Shown: positions 26,209 to 36,800, counted from the first letter of the stretch. The stretch: DNA of 64,000 bases from Dehalococcoidia bacterium (GCA_965220505.1 CBDCQE010000003.1:198024-262023), one strand, 5' to 3'. Notes: a model not told the origin generated them from the letters alone. A program made the numbers and translations.

Positions 26209-29200
26209 ATGCCTATCATGGCCACAATAACGGCTTGGTCGAATGCTGTCCGCCTGTCTCTCGTCATCTCGCTGGTGTCATTGATCCCTCTCGTCGCGCT
26301 ATTGGCCGGCTACGACACCGTCCACGGGTCAGTGCCCAACCCGTCCCGCGGGTTTGACCTTGATCCAGACCACGATAACGCGCGCGGTGTCTGGTCCGGC
26401 GGTTCCACCATGTGGGTGGTGGACAACGCCGACGACCAGTTGATCGCATACTCCATGGCCACGGGCGCCCGGTTGGCGGACAAGGACATCGACCTGACCA
26501 GCTCCAACTCTAAACCGCAGGGCATCTGGTCGGACGGTTCCATCATCTGGGTGGTGGACTGGGACGATACCAAGCTCTACGCCTACAACCTGGACTCCGG
26601 CGCAAGGATGGAGAACCGGGACATTGACCTGACCGGCAGCAATGATGGGCCGCGGGGCGTGTGGGGTGCGTTCGGCATCATCATGGTGGTTGATAAGGAC
26701 GACGACCATGTCTACGCGTACAACCAGACCAGCGGGCAGCGTCAAACGGGCTATGAGTTCGACCTAGCCGCAGGCAACGACAATCCGTGGGGCCTGTGGG
26801 GCGGGAACAATGTCATATGGGTCACCGATACCAGCGATGACAGCGTTTATGCCTACGACCTGGTGGTGCGCACCCCCAAACCGCTCCTCAACCTCCGCCT
26901 TTCCCTGGAGAACCGGGACCCTCGCGGCGTCACGGGCAACAAAAGCCTCATGTGGGTGGTTGACGACGAGGACAAGCACGTCTACGCCATGCGCTACAAG
27001 GATTTCCGGCATCCCGACGACGAAATCGACATCAGCGGCGTGGTCATGCCCAAAGGCATCTGGACCGACGGCACGACCATATACGTGGTGGACACCGGAA
27101 TCGGAGGCGGCCCCGGGTTGGTTGCCTATAACGTTGGCGACGGGTCTCGCAACGCATCCAAGGACGTCGACCTCAGCCACACCGGCTACACGCCGATGTC
27201 TGTCTGGTCGGACGGTTCACAAGTTTGGGTGCAATTCGCGGAGCACAATTCGGTCAAAGTATATTCCCTGAGCACCGGCACCGAGATCTCCAGGAATTTC
27301 CCGATCATCCTGAGGCATGAGAACGGAGATGCCGCCGGCATCTGGTGCGACGGCGCCACCATGTGGGTCTCAGATTCCGGGGACGACAAGATCTACGCCT
27401 ACAACTTCGCTACCGGACTGGATCAGACCGACAAGGACTTCGATCTCGATTCCAAAAACACGGATCCCGGCCAGATCTGGGGCGACGGCGAGACCCTGTG
27501 GGTCATGGACGCCACGGACAAGCACGTCTACGCCTACGATCTGTCCACGGGCGCTCGCCGTGAGGGAAAAGAGTTTCGGCCCGTACCGGACAACAATAAC
27601 CTCAACGGAGCTATCACGGGCCACGGCCTGCGCTTCTGGGTGGTCGACACTCAGGACGACCACCTGTATGCCTACGGCAAGGCGAACACGCCGCCGTCGT
27701 TCAGCAGTAACTCGGCGGTTTTCAAAATACACCACACGCTGACCGGACACAACCTGATCGGTCCGGTACCAGAAGTCACCGAGGTTGACGAAGGTGACAC
27801 GCTGACCTACTCGATTTCGGGTACCGACAGCAGTCGATTCACCGTGGACTCCAGCACCGGAGATCTGTACACGAAACGCGACGCCGGAAGTTTTACCGCC
27901 GGCGCTGAGCTGTCAATCAAGGTATCCGTAAGCGACGGGAAGAACCTGCTCGACGGGGTGAGCTCCAGCAAGGACGACACGGTAAACGTGACCATCAGGG
28001 TACTGCAAAACGCCGATCCGGAATTCGTAACCGCCGACGGTTCGGTGTTCACGGTCAGCGAGGATGCCAGCGCCGGGGACACCGTCGCCCAACTGAACAT
28101 CGCCGACCTGGATGGCGACACGCCGTCCTATACGTTGACCTACCAAAATGGCGACGCCCACACTCCCTTCACGATCAGCGGCAACCAGATCAAAATCGCA
28201 ACCGGCGAAAGTCTGGATTACGAGAGCCAGGATTCCTACCAACTCACGCTGGACATCTCGGACGGCAAAGACGAGGACGGCAATTCCGACACCACTACCG
28301 ACGACAGCATCACGGTGGAAATCCAGGTCACCAACGTTGACGAAAGCGGCGAGGTCGCCCTGGGCAGCGCCCAACCGCAGGTCGACACGGCAATCGCTGC
28401 CTCCCTGACCGACCCGGACGGCGTGAACCTGGAGAATGGCAACCAGGTCAACTGGGTAGTGGAACGGAGCACTGACCCGGAATCGGGGACCTGGACCGAG
28501 GTGTCAGATACCGACGCCTCCAGCGCGACATTCGATTACACCCCGGTCACAGCGGACGTGGGAAATCACCTGCGGTTCGCCGCCAGTTACTGGGACAACG
28601 AATCGGATACCACCCGGAAGACGGCGCAGGTGATTTCCACGAACACCGTGCTGGCCGCGCCGCCATCTAACCTGCCGCCGGCATTCAACGAGAACGCGCC
28701 GATCACTCGTTCCTTTCCGGAAGACGCCGAAATCGGCGCCAACGTGGGGTTACCCGTGCAGGCCACCGACCCGGACGACGACACTCTCAGATACGGTTAC
28801 AACACTGTGGGTACCAGCCGATTCCAGGTAAATTCCGTGTCCGGCCAAATCAACATGAACTCCAACCTCTTGCTGAGTTACGAACGCAGACCCACTTCTT
28901 ACATCTGGGTTTTGGTCCGGGATAGCAAGGATCAGTACGGCAATGCTGACACCGAATGGGATGCATCCGCCCTGGTGAAAATCAACATCACGAACGTGGA
29001 AGAGGCCGGCGAGGTGGAACTGACTTCGGACAACCCCCAGGTTGCCGTGGAACTGGCCGCGTCGCTTACCGACCCAGACGGCTCCGTCACCAATCTCACC
29101 TGGCAATGGCAGACCGCCAGCAGCGCCCAAGCGACCACGTGGACGGATATCACCGTCGCCACGTCGGAAAAATACACTCCCGTTGCTGCCGACGTCGGCA

Positions 29201-30861
29201 AGTTCATCAGGGCGCAAGCTTCCTATGACGACGGCGAGGGCACGGGCAAGCAGGCCCATGGGATCGCCAGCCAGGCGGTGCAGGGACGGGCCTCTAATGG
29301 AGCGCCGGAGTTCGACGAAGGCAGCGCCGCGACGCGTTCCCTGTCCGAAGACGCAGTATCCGGCTCCTGGGTCGGCGACGGCGTTACGGCCACTGACCCG
29401 GAGAGCGACACGCTGACCTACTCTCTGGCCAGCGGGGACGACTCCGATCAGTTCGCCATCGATGCCGCCACTGGCCGGCTCCAGGTCGCTTCGGGCGCGA
29501 CCCTTGACTACGAGACCGATCCCTCGCTCACCGTGGTGGTGCAGGTCTCCGACGGACTGGACGCGGACCACAACCAGGACGCAGCCATTGACGACACCAT
29601 CACCGTCACCGTCAATCTCACCAACGTGGACGAGGCGGGTCGGGTGTTGCTGTCATCTCTAGAGCCCGAGGTGGACAGCGAGATCACGGCCACGCTGAAC
29701 GATCCGGACGGGAGTGTCAGCGCGAGCAATTGGCAGTGGACTAAATCGTCGGACGACGGCAGCACTTGGACGGATATCGTCGGCGCCATCTCCGCAACTT
29801 TTACGCCCACCTCAGACGAAGCTGAAATGCACCTGCGGGCCACGGTTTCCTACACCGACGGTGAGGGACCAGGCAAAAGCGCTTCCCGGGTGTCGACGGA
29901 TGCGGTGGAGCCCGCCGTAACCGAAGCCATCCAACCGGACCCACCCGGGACGTCCACGGACCCGCAGGGGATTGACACCAGTCTCACCTCGCTGACCCTC
30001 GCCGGCATACCCTTTTCCTTTGACAGCGACACCCTCTATTACGAAGTCAGCACCCCTAACTCGGACCGCCGCACCAGGGTAACCGCCGCGCCAACTGCCG
30101 AATCGGGCGTTTCGGTTTCGATTATCCCCTCCGACAGCAGGCCTTCCAGCAATGGCCACCAGGTCGATCTGAGCGTGGGCGTCAACTACGTCGTCGTAAC
30201 TGTGACCCACGACGAAAGCAGCGAGTTGAGAGTCTACGTGGTGCAGGTAACCCGGGAGCCGTTGGCGCTGACTCCGGAAGACGATTGTTCGCAATACATC
30301 GTTGATCTGGCGCCGGTCCATTGCGGTTCCACCAAGTTTGCGGACTATCGGATTGAGAGCAACGGGAGTTATAGCATCGACTGGAGCAAATGGGGCGACG
30401 CCCGCTCCAGCGTCACCGGATACACCGTGACCATCGAAGAGTATATGCGCCGGACCTACCACAAGAACGGACAGAGAGTGAGCGAAGCCGATCTGCAGAA
30501 CGTCTATGAGGGTTGCGAATTCAGCAACGACGCCTGGGCTTGTGAAGGCCCGTTGGTTGACGTTTACCACGTGGACGGCGCGGGACAGCCGACCCAGCGC
30601 CACACGGTATTGAGCAATACCCACCAGACGGAGCTGAGCGGCACGCTCGGGTTCACCGGCGTCAGGGACGCCCAGGAAACCTTCCACCGTTGGAGCGGGG
30701 ACCCTCATGATCCCAACAACGAGCCCACCGCCGTGGCGTACACCACCAAAACGTCCGAAGTTGACCGCTACCGGTTCGTCCCCCACACAGCAAACGGTGA
30801 CCTCAAAACCAAGAAAATCACGATCGCCGGCGTGGCCTTCGCAAACCCCTTCGCTCCGTAG
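26209..30861 (+). CDS. giant surface/adhesin-like protein: N-terminal anchor, ~10 propeller-like repeats, cadherin-like and DPDG modules, cadherin-like beta-sandwich
   Basis: Start at the ATG at 26209, after GGAG. TM/signal segment VRLSLVISLVSLIPLVALLAG.
- About ten ~46-aa repeats (GIWSDGSIIWVVDWDDTKLYAYNLDSGARMENRDIDL type), approx 26380-27690.
- Cadherin-like units (DEGDTLTYSISGTDSSRFTVDSSTGDLYT...), interleaved with LTDPDG...W.W...YTP...D.G..LR modules, approx 27700-29900. Confidence 0.85.
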   Translation: MPIMATITAWSNAVRLSLVISLVSLIPLVALLAGYDTVHGSVPNPSRGFDLDPDHDNARGVWSGGSTMWVVDNADDQLIAYSMATGARLADKDIDLTSSNSKPQGIWSDGSIIWVVDWDDTKLYAYNLDSGARMENRDIDLTGSNDGPRGVWGAFGIIMVVDKDDDHVYAYNQTSGQRQTGYEFDLAAGNDNPWGLWGGNNVIWVTDTSDDSVYAYDLVVRTPKPLLNLRLSLENRDPRGVTGNKSLMWVVDDEDKHVYAMRYKDFRHPDDEIDISGVVMPKGIWTDGTTIYVVDTGIGGGPGLVAYNVGDGSRNASKDVDLSHTGYTPMSVWSDGSQVWVQFAEHNSVKVYSLSTGTEISRNFPIILRHENGDAAGIWCDGATMWVSDSGDDKIYAYNFATGLDQTDKDFDLDSKNTDPGQIWGDGETLWVMDATDKHVYAYDLSTGARREGKEFRPVPDNNNLNGAITGHGLRFWVVDTQDDHLYAYGKANTPPSFSSNSAVFKIHHTLTGHNLIGPVPEVTEVDEGDTLTYSISGTDSSRFTVDSSTGDLYTKRDAGSFTAGAELSIKVSVSDGKNLLDGVSSSKDDTVNVTIRVLQNADPEFVTADGSVFTVSEDASAGDTVAQLNIADLDGDTPSYTLTYQNGDAHTPFTISGNQIKIATGESLDYESQDSYQLTLDISDGKDEDGNSDTTTDDSITVEIQVTNVDESGEVALGSAQPQVDTAIAASLTDPDGVNLENGNQVNWVVERSTDPESGTWTEVSDTDASSATFDYTPVTADVGNHLRFAASYWDNESDTTRKTAQVISTNTVLAAPPSNLPPAFNENAPITRSFPEDAEIGANVGLPVQATDPDDDTLRYGYNTVGTSRFQVNSVSGQINMNSNLLLSYERRPTSYIWVLVRDSKDQYGNADTEWDASALVKINITNVEEAGEVELTSDNPQVAVELAASLTDPDGSVTNLTWQWQTASSAQATTWTDITVATSEKYTPVAADVGKFIRAQASYDDGEGTGKQAHGIASQAVQGRASNGAPEFDEGSAATRSLSEDAVSGSWVGDGVTATDPESDTLTYSLASGDDSDQFAIDAATGRLQVASGATLDYETDPSLTVVVQVSDGLDADHNQDAAIDDTITVTVNLTNVDEAGRVLLSSLEPEVDSEITATLNDPDGSVSASNWQWTKSSDDGSTWTDIVGAISATFTPTSDEAEMHLRATVSYTDGEGPGKSASRVSTDAVEPAVTEAIQPDPPGTSTDPQGIDTSLTSLTLAGIPFSFDSDTLYYEVSTPNSDRRTRVTAAPTAESGVSVSIIPSDSRPSSNGHQVDLSVGVNYVVVTVTHDESSELRVYVVQVTREPLALTPEDDCSQYIVDLAPVHCGSTKFADYRIESNGSYSIDWSKWGDARSSVTGYTVTIEEYMRRTYHKNGQRVSEADLQNVYEGCEFSNDAWACEGPLVDVYHVDGAGQPTQRHTVLSNTHQTELSGTLGFTGVRDAQETFHRWSGDPHDPNNEPTAVAYTTKTSEVDRYRFVPHTANGDLKTKKITIAGVAFANPFAP

Positions 30862-31119
30862 CCGGCAGGCTGCGCCTCGTCAAACCGGCGACATCCCTCA
30901 CGCGTGCCCTGCTGGTCATCGCGAGGAGCGAAGTCCGCCTCTGGCGGACTCGCAATGACAGCTCTGACGAAAATGGGTACGCGCGAGTGACCGCCGGTGA
31001 AGGCTGCGCAATCCGGCATGTGCGGGTTGATCGCAACCGGTCCACGTAGGTCCTGATCCAGACGCTCTTCGCGCCCAATCCGGCCCAACGCGCCAACGGA
31101 CCGGTGAAACCCACGCGGT

Positions 31120-31614
31120 ATGATGGGGCACCTTGTCCGAACTCTCCGACTGGACGAGGCCCACGCCTACGACGGCGCGCTGGGCACCCACTGCCTCTAC
31201 CTGCTGCACCGCCTGCAGCAGAAGCGCCGGGAGCTCATGGCGCAGCTCGAGCCGCTGCGGGTGATCGCCGCCAGTGCCACCATCCACAACCCGGCTCAGC
31301 ATCTCGAAACGCTGACCGGTCTCGCCTTCCAGTTGGTGAACGACCGCTACAATGGCAGCCCCCGGTCCGAGCTCACCGTGCAGCACGTGGTCGGCCGGGA
31401 TCCTCGCGACGAGGGCTGGCGGGACTTGCAGGCGGCGGTGCGGGAGGTGACCAGTGAGGGTCCCGACTGGGACTACATCGCCTTCATCGACGACCGGCAG
31501 CTGGCGGAGCGGTCCGCCGTGGGCATCGAAGCGGCCAGGAGCATCACCTGGGGCTGTTCCCCAATCGCGGCGCCCTGCGCGTTTGGTACTGTGCTGACCT
31601 GTCCAGCAACGTAG
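31120..31614 (+). pseudogene. fragment of a DEAD/DEAH-box superfamily-2 helicase (motifs II-III only)
   Basis: RLDEAHAYDGALGTHCLYLLHRL (DEAH box region) and RVIAASATIHNPAQHLETLTG (SAT motif) resemble YprA/Lhr-like helicases. Only ~165 aa are present: no Walker A upstream and no complete C-lobe. Confidence 0.5.
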
Positions 31615-31700
31615 GCTCGTGTCGGTTTGTCCCACGTTGCGACGGGTCAGCGAGCGATCCCAGCTATTTTTGAACTTGGATGGCGATCCTATTCAGAAAG

Positions 31701-31777
31701 TGGTGCCGAGGGGCGGATTCGAACCACCGACACCGGCATTTTCAGTGCCGTGCTCTACCAGGCTGAGCTACCTCGGC
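31701..31777 (-). tRNA. tRNA-Phe (anticodon GAA), CCA encoded
   Basis: Reverse complement is GCCGAGGTAGCTCAGCCTGGTAGAGCACGGCACTGAAAATGCCGGTGTCGGTGGTTCGAATCCGCCCCTCGGCACCA. It folds by eye into a cloverleaf with a 7-bp acceptor stem, anticodon loop CTGAAAA and T-loop TTCGAAT. Confidence 0.95.
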
Positions 31778-32016
31778 TGAAGGGAGGTTAATCATAGACG
31801 GCGGCATCGGCCGTGTCAATTCAGTCTGCTCGTTCGCAAGCGTCTCGCAATGACAAACCGGGTACGCGTTCGGAGCGGGCTGACCGGGGCAGGCATAGCA
31901 CCATCACGCCGGGGCCCCGCTGTCTGCAGACCGCCGCATGGGGTAGAATGCCCGGCACGCCTAACGCCTTTCCCGGAGCCGCAGAGCGGAGCCGACCGAC
32001 CGCCGCCAGGTGCGAT

Positions 32017-32724
32017 ATGACCACGCCCGACACCTTCGCCAAGACGCCCCCAGCCCCGGGCCGCTTCCGGTTGCCCGACATCCCCGAGCGGGAACCCGAC
32101 GACATGACATCCGCCGAGCACCTCAGCGAAACCGGCCTGCACCACCATCTGAAGCAGTTCCTGGGCAATCCCGAGACCACCATCGTGTCCGGGGAGAAGT
32201 ACATGATGGCCAGGCGTGGCGCCGAGATGAGGTATCCCGACCTGATGGTGGCCTTCGATGTGGACCCGGCCGCCTACCGGGAGACCAACGGCTACGTGAT
32301 CTCGGAGCAGGGCAAGCCGCCGGACCTGGTGCTCGAGATAGCATCCCGGCGAACGGCACGAATTGACGTTGGGGCGAAGCGCGAGTTCTACGAGAGGCTG
32401 GGGATACCGGAGTACTGGCGGTTCGACGCTACGGGTGAGTTCCACGGCGCGAGACTGGCTGGCGACCGGCTGGTGGACGGGCGGTACGAACCAATCGACA
32501 TCGCCGAGTTGGCTGGCGAAGTGTTGCAGGGCCATAGCGAGGTACTGAACCTGGACTGGCGATGGGAAGAAGGCCAACTGGGCTGCTACGATCCCGCGAC
32601 GGCGTTGCACATCGCCACCTTTGACACCGAGCGTGCCCGCGCTGACGCCGCCGAGGCCGAACTCGCCGCCGTGAGCGCCCGGGTCCGCGAGCTGGAGGCG
32701 CTGCTGCGCCAGCAGAATCCCTGA
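32017..32724 (+). CDS. Uma2-family (DUF820) putative endonuclease
   Basis: RYPDLMVAFDVDP...PPDLVLEIASRRTARIDVGAKREFYERLGIPEYWRFD matches the Uma2/DUF820 PD-(D/E)xK-like core. Start set at the ATG at 32017. Confidence 0.85.
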   Translation: MTTPDTFAKTPPAPGRFRLPDIPEREPDDMTSAEHLSETGLHHHLKQFLGNPETTIVSGEKYMMARRGAEMRYPDLMVAFDVDPAAYRETNGYVISEQGKPPDLVLEIASRRTARIDVGAKREFYERLGIPEYWRFDATGEFHGARLAGDRLVDGRYEPIDIAELAGEVLQGHSEVLNLDWRWEEGQLGCYDPATALHIATFDTERARADAAEAELAAVSARVRELEALLRQQNP

Positions 32725-32798
32725 CGCCCGGGGTGACAACATCCCAAAATCGCCCGGCGGCGCATAATGCTGCCTGTGGAACAGCGCCCTGAAGGGGA

Positions 32799-33077
32799 GT
32801 GAAAATGGCTACGCCAGCCCGCCGCCCGCGCGAGGAGACCGCCCGCCTGGGCAAGGAGATCTACCAGCGAGACATACGGCCGCTGGTCGAGGCCGATCAC
32901 CACGGGAAGGTCATCGCCATTGACGTGGACAGCGGGGACTACGCCGTCGCCGATACTGCGAGTGCTGCGGCGAAGCGCCTCCGGGCAGAGCGCCCCGACG
33001 CCGGTGTCTGGCTGATGCGGGTTGGATACCCAACGCTGCGGCGCTTCGGGGGCTATTACTCGCGGAGGCCCGGGTGA
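32799..33077 (+). CDS. small conserved protein, partner of the retropepsin-like protease (paralog at 52407-52664)
   Basis: 92-aa ORF whose stop overlaps the protease start (ATGA at 33074-33077). Alignable by eye with the 85-aa ORF at 52407-52664 (IY..DI..LVE....GK......V..G.Y...D......GYPT). Confidence 0.6.
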   Translation: MKMATPARRPREETARLGKEIYQRDIRPLVEADHHGKVIAIDVDSGDYAVADTASAAAKRLRAERPDAGVWLMRVGYPTLRRFGGYYSRRPG

Positions 33078-33445
33078 TAGAGGGGACCGTGAATGCTCAC
33101 TATGAAGCTGTCATCGCCCTTCCACTGCTGGGACCAGCGGGGCGGGTGCGGGAAATCGAGGTTGTGATCGACACCGGCTACAACGGCTTCCTGACTTTGC
33201 CTCCGGACTTGGTGGCAGAGTTGGAGCTGCCATTGGTGGGTACAAGCCAGGCGACACTGGCCAACGGGGACATGGAGGACTTCAATGTTCACGATGTCAC
33301 GGTGCTGTGGGACGGTATGCCGAGAGATATAGAAGCCGACGGGATGGGAGTAGTCCCCCTCGTCGGCATGGCCCTCCTCGACGGCCACAACTTGAACATT
33401 GCAGTGGCCGACGGCGGACGTGTCGTCATCGAAGCCATGGCGTGA
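33074..33445 (+). CDS. clan AA (retropepsin-like) aspartic protease
   Basis: 123-aa ORF with VVIDTGYNGFLTLP (D-T-G catalytic motif) and a C-terminal LLDGHNLNIAVADGGRVVIE, typical of bacterial single-domain retropepsin-like proteins. Confidence 0.8.
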   Translation: MIEGTVNAHYEAVIALPLLGPAGRVREIEVVIDTGYNGFLTLPPDLVAELELPLVGTSQATLANGDMEDFNVHDVTVLWDGMPRDIEADGMGVVPLVGMALLDGHNLNIAVADGGRVVIEAMA

Positions 33446-33504
33446 CGCCGCGCCGAACCCCGGTCATAGCGCACCCCGCCGGGACAGGCAATGGTCCCTA
33501 GTGT

Positions 33505-33537
33505 GAGGCCCGCAGTCGCGGGCCTCTTTTCGTTTTG
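33505..33537 (+). terminator. rho-independent terminator after the protease operon
   Basis: gaggcccgc-agtc-gcgggcctc (9-bp perfect GC-rich stem) followed by ttttcgtttt. Confidence 0.75.
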
Positions 33538-33579
33538 GCGCGCCTCGCCCGCGTGCGCACCCGCTTTCGTTGGGGAGTT

Positions 33580-33689
33580 GTCAGAAGCAGGATTTGCGGG
33601 ATTTTGTGATTGGACAGGATTGGGAGGGCTTCATCAGGGAACGGTTCCAATTCTGGTAATCCTCAAATCTTGAAAATCCTGCTTCTGAC
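33580..33689. repeat. 110-bp palindromic MITE-like repeat, copy A
   Basis: gtcagaagcaggatttgcggg...aaaatcctgcttctgac. The termini are inverted repeats. Intergenic. Highly similar to the copies at 37049 and 62200. Confidence 0.9.
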
Positions 33690-33881
33690 GGTTCCGTGCC
33701 GGACGCCGGCGGCTGGGCGGGTGATTTGGGCGCAAATGGGGGGAATCGGGCGAAATCGGGGTGAGGTTATGGAGATGTGATCAAAAACTCGCAGTAGATT
33801 GTGCTTCGGTCATGCAGTTTTGCGGTATAGTACGGGCCGAGTTACGGTGACGAGACCAGCCGGACTAGGAGGGCACTCACC

Positions 33882-36800
33882 ATGTTCCGCCGTGAAAACC
33901 CCATACCTGTCAGCCCCCCTCCGATCTTTAGGATAGTGAAACTTACATCGTGGCGCGCGCTGTTCGCGCTGCTGGCGATTGGGCTGCTGGCCGCAGGAGT
34001 GGCCGGCTTTTTCATGTCCGGCGCAGTCGCACAGGCCCAGGAGCAGGAGACGGTCCTGCCGTCCAGCTACGATGCCGACGGCGACGGGCTGATTGAGATC
34101 AGCAGCCTGGACCAGCTCAACGCCGTCCGTTGGGACCTGGACGGCGACGGCGTACCCTCGGCAGGCAACGCGGACGCCTATTCCGCCGTCTTCCCGGTTG
34201 CCGACGAAGGCTCGGTATGCCCCGCCGACGCCACCTGTACAGGGTACGAGCTGACGACAGACCTGGACTTCGACGAGAACGATGACGGTGAAATCACCAG
34301 CGCCGACAGCGCATACTGGAACGACGGGGTGGGGTGGACCCCCATCGGCGGGTATGCCGCCGTGTTCGAAGGCAACGGCCACACCATCGCCAACCTGTTC
34401 ATCAGACGCGCAGCCGATTACGCGGGGCTGTTCGGCTCAGTGGGAGACGGCGGCATAGTGCGCAACTTGGCGCTTACGGGCGTATCCGTCAGCGGTGGGG
34501 ACTTCGTGGGCGGGCTGGCTGGATACAGCACTGGAGCGATCATCGCCAGCTACGCCACGGGTTCGGTCAACGGTAGTTCCTCAGTGGGAGGTCTGGCTGG
34601 ATACAACACTGGAAGGATCGTCTCCAGCCATGCTGCGGGTTCGGTCAGCGGCACAAACGACGTGGGCGGTTTGGTTGGATACAACATTGGAGGGATCATC
34701 GCCAGCTACGCCACGAGTTCGGTCAGCGGTAGTTCCTCCGTAGGGGGCTTGGCCGGGAAAGGCCAGGGCAGGATTATCAACGCCAGCTACGCCACGGGTT
34801 CGGTCAGCGGTAGTTTCTCCGTGGGGGGACTGGTCGGACATAACAGTGCAAAGATCAGCGCCAGTTACGCCACGGGCTCGGTCAGCGGTAAATCCGACGC
34901 GGGTGGCCTGATCGGAAAAAACAGTGGAAGGATCAGCGCCAGTTACGCCACGGGTTCGGTCAACGGCACACAGGCTGTGGGCGGCCTGGTTGGAGAAAAC
35001 ACCGGAAGGATCAGCGCCAGCTACGCCATGGGCTCGGCCAGCGGTACAAAAGGCGTGGGCGGCTTGACCGGATACCACACATACGGAGGGATCAAAGCCA
35101 GTTACGCCACGGGTTCGGTCAGCGGCACAGAATATGCAGGTGGCCTGGTTGGATATTACCACTCTTACCTTGGAACGATCAGCGCCAGCTACTTCGACGC
35201 TCAGACATCCGGCCGGGCGATTGCCGTGGGCAATGACGATACCGACAAAAACGGGGCCATCGACGGCGCTGAGACCGCCTCCTCCGGCGCCACTCCCCAG
35301 ACCACTGCCGCGCTCCAGTCCCCCACCGGGTATACCGGCATTTACTCCGACTGGAACCTGGACCTGAACGCCAACTCTCAGCCGGATAGCCCCTGGGACT
35401 TCGGCACGGCGTCCCAGTATCCGGCGTTGAAGGGGGCCTCCAACTGGCAGGATTTTGGCTATCAGACGCGCCGGCCGCTCTCCCTGACCTCCAGTATCTC
35501 CGGGCTCCAGGCAACGCTGAGTTGGGACGACATCACCGAAACGGCGTGGACCGGCACGCCACGGGCATCCTACGCCCTTTATAGGGACGGCGAGAAGGTG
35601 CCCGACTACGACGAAAGTTCACGCTCCTACACCGATACTAGCCTCACCCTGGGCCAGCAGTACACCTACCAGGTGGCTCTGCTGCTGGACGGTGTGGAAC
35701 ACCGCCGCAGCAACGAGGTCTTTACAACGATCAGCGAACCGCTCTCCTTTGGCGACGCACAGCACTACAATTACTACTGGTATCAGAACCAGCACAACGG
35801 CCGGCTGGACCTGCCCACGGCCACAGGCGGCGTTCTTCCACTGACCTACACTGTCAGCCCCGACCTGTCCCCCGGCCTGGTCTTTGACTCTGGCTATCTC
35901 ACCATCGATGGAATTCCCACCGAGACCCAGGAGCGCATCCAGTACGCCTACACGGTCACCGACGCCAACGGCGACACGGCGTCGCTGTCCTTCAGCATCC
36001 TGGTGGCGCCGGATCCAACGACGGTCGCCGAGACCAGCCCGGTGACGGTGAGCGCAACCAGCCTTTCCATCCGCGAGGGCGACCCCGCCGCAACCTACAC
36101 CGTGACGCTGGAGGTGGGGCCTACGGAGAACGTGGTCATCGCGATCAGCAGCAACAACGGCGACGTTACGGCGCAGCCGTCCAGCCTCACCTTCACCACC
36201 GGCAACTGGCAGACGGCACAGACAGTAAGCGTCAGCGCCGGCCAGGACGACGACCGGGTGGACGACACCGCCACCTTCAGCCACAGCGCCAGCGGCGGCA
36301 ACTACGACGGCGTTACGGTGGCGTCCGTAACCGTCAGCGTAACCGACGATGACAGCGACCGGGAGGTGCTGCGGGACTTCTACAACGCCACCGGCGGTCA
36401 GAGCTGGACCAACATCGGCAACTGGCTGAGCGACAAACCGCTGGGTGAGTGGCACGGTGTAACCACCAACGGATCGGGGCAAGTAACTGGGCTGGCCCTC
36501 CGGGACAACGGACTGAGCGGGTCGCTGCCCGCCACATTGGGCAAGATGGAACACCTGCAAGTCCTGTCCCTGGACCGCAACAACATCAGCGGTAGCCTAC
36601 CCGCCGAGTTCGGCAACCTGTCCAACCTGACCCGGCTGGCGATGAACCGGAACAGTCTCAGCGGTGCCATACCGTCGCAGTTGGGCAACCTGTCCAACCT
36701 GGGCATCATCGGCTTGGCGCGGAACAGCCTGAGCGGGTCGCTGCCCACCAGCCTGGGCAACCTGAGCAGTTTGACCAAGGTGTCGCTGCACGACAACACC

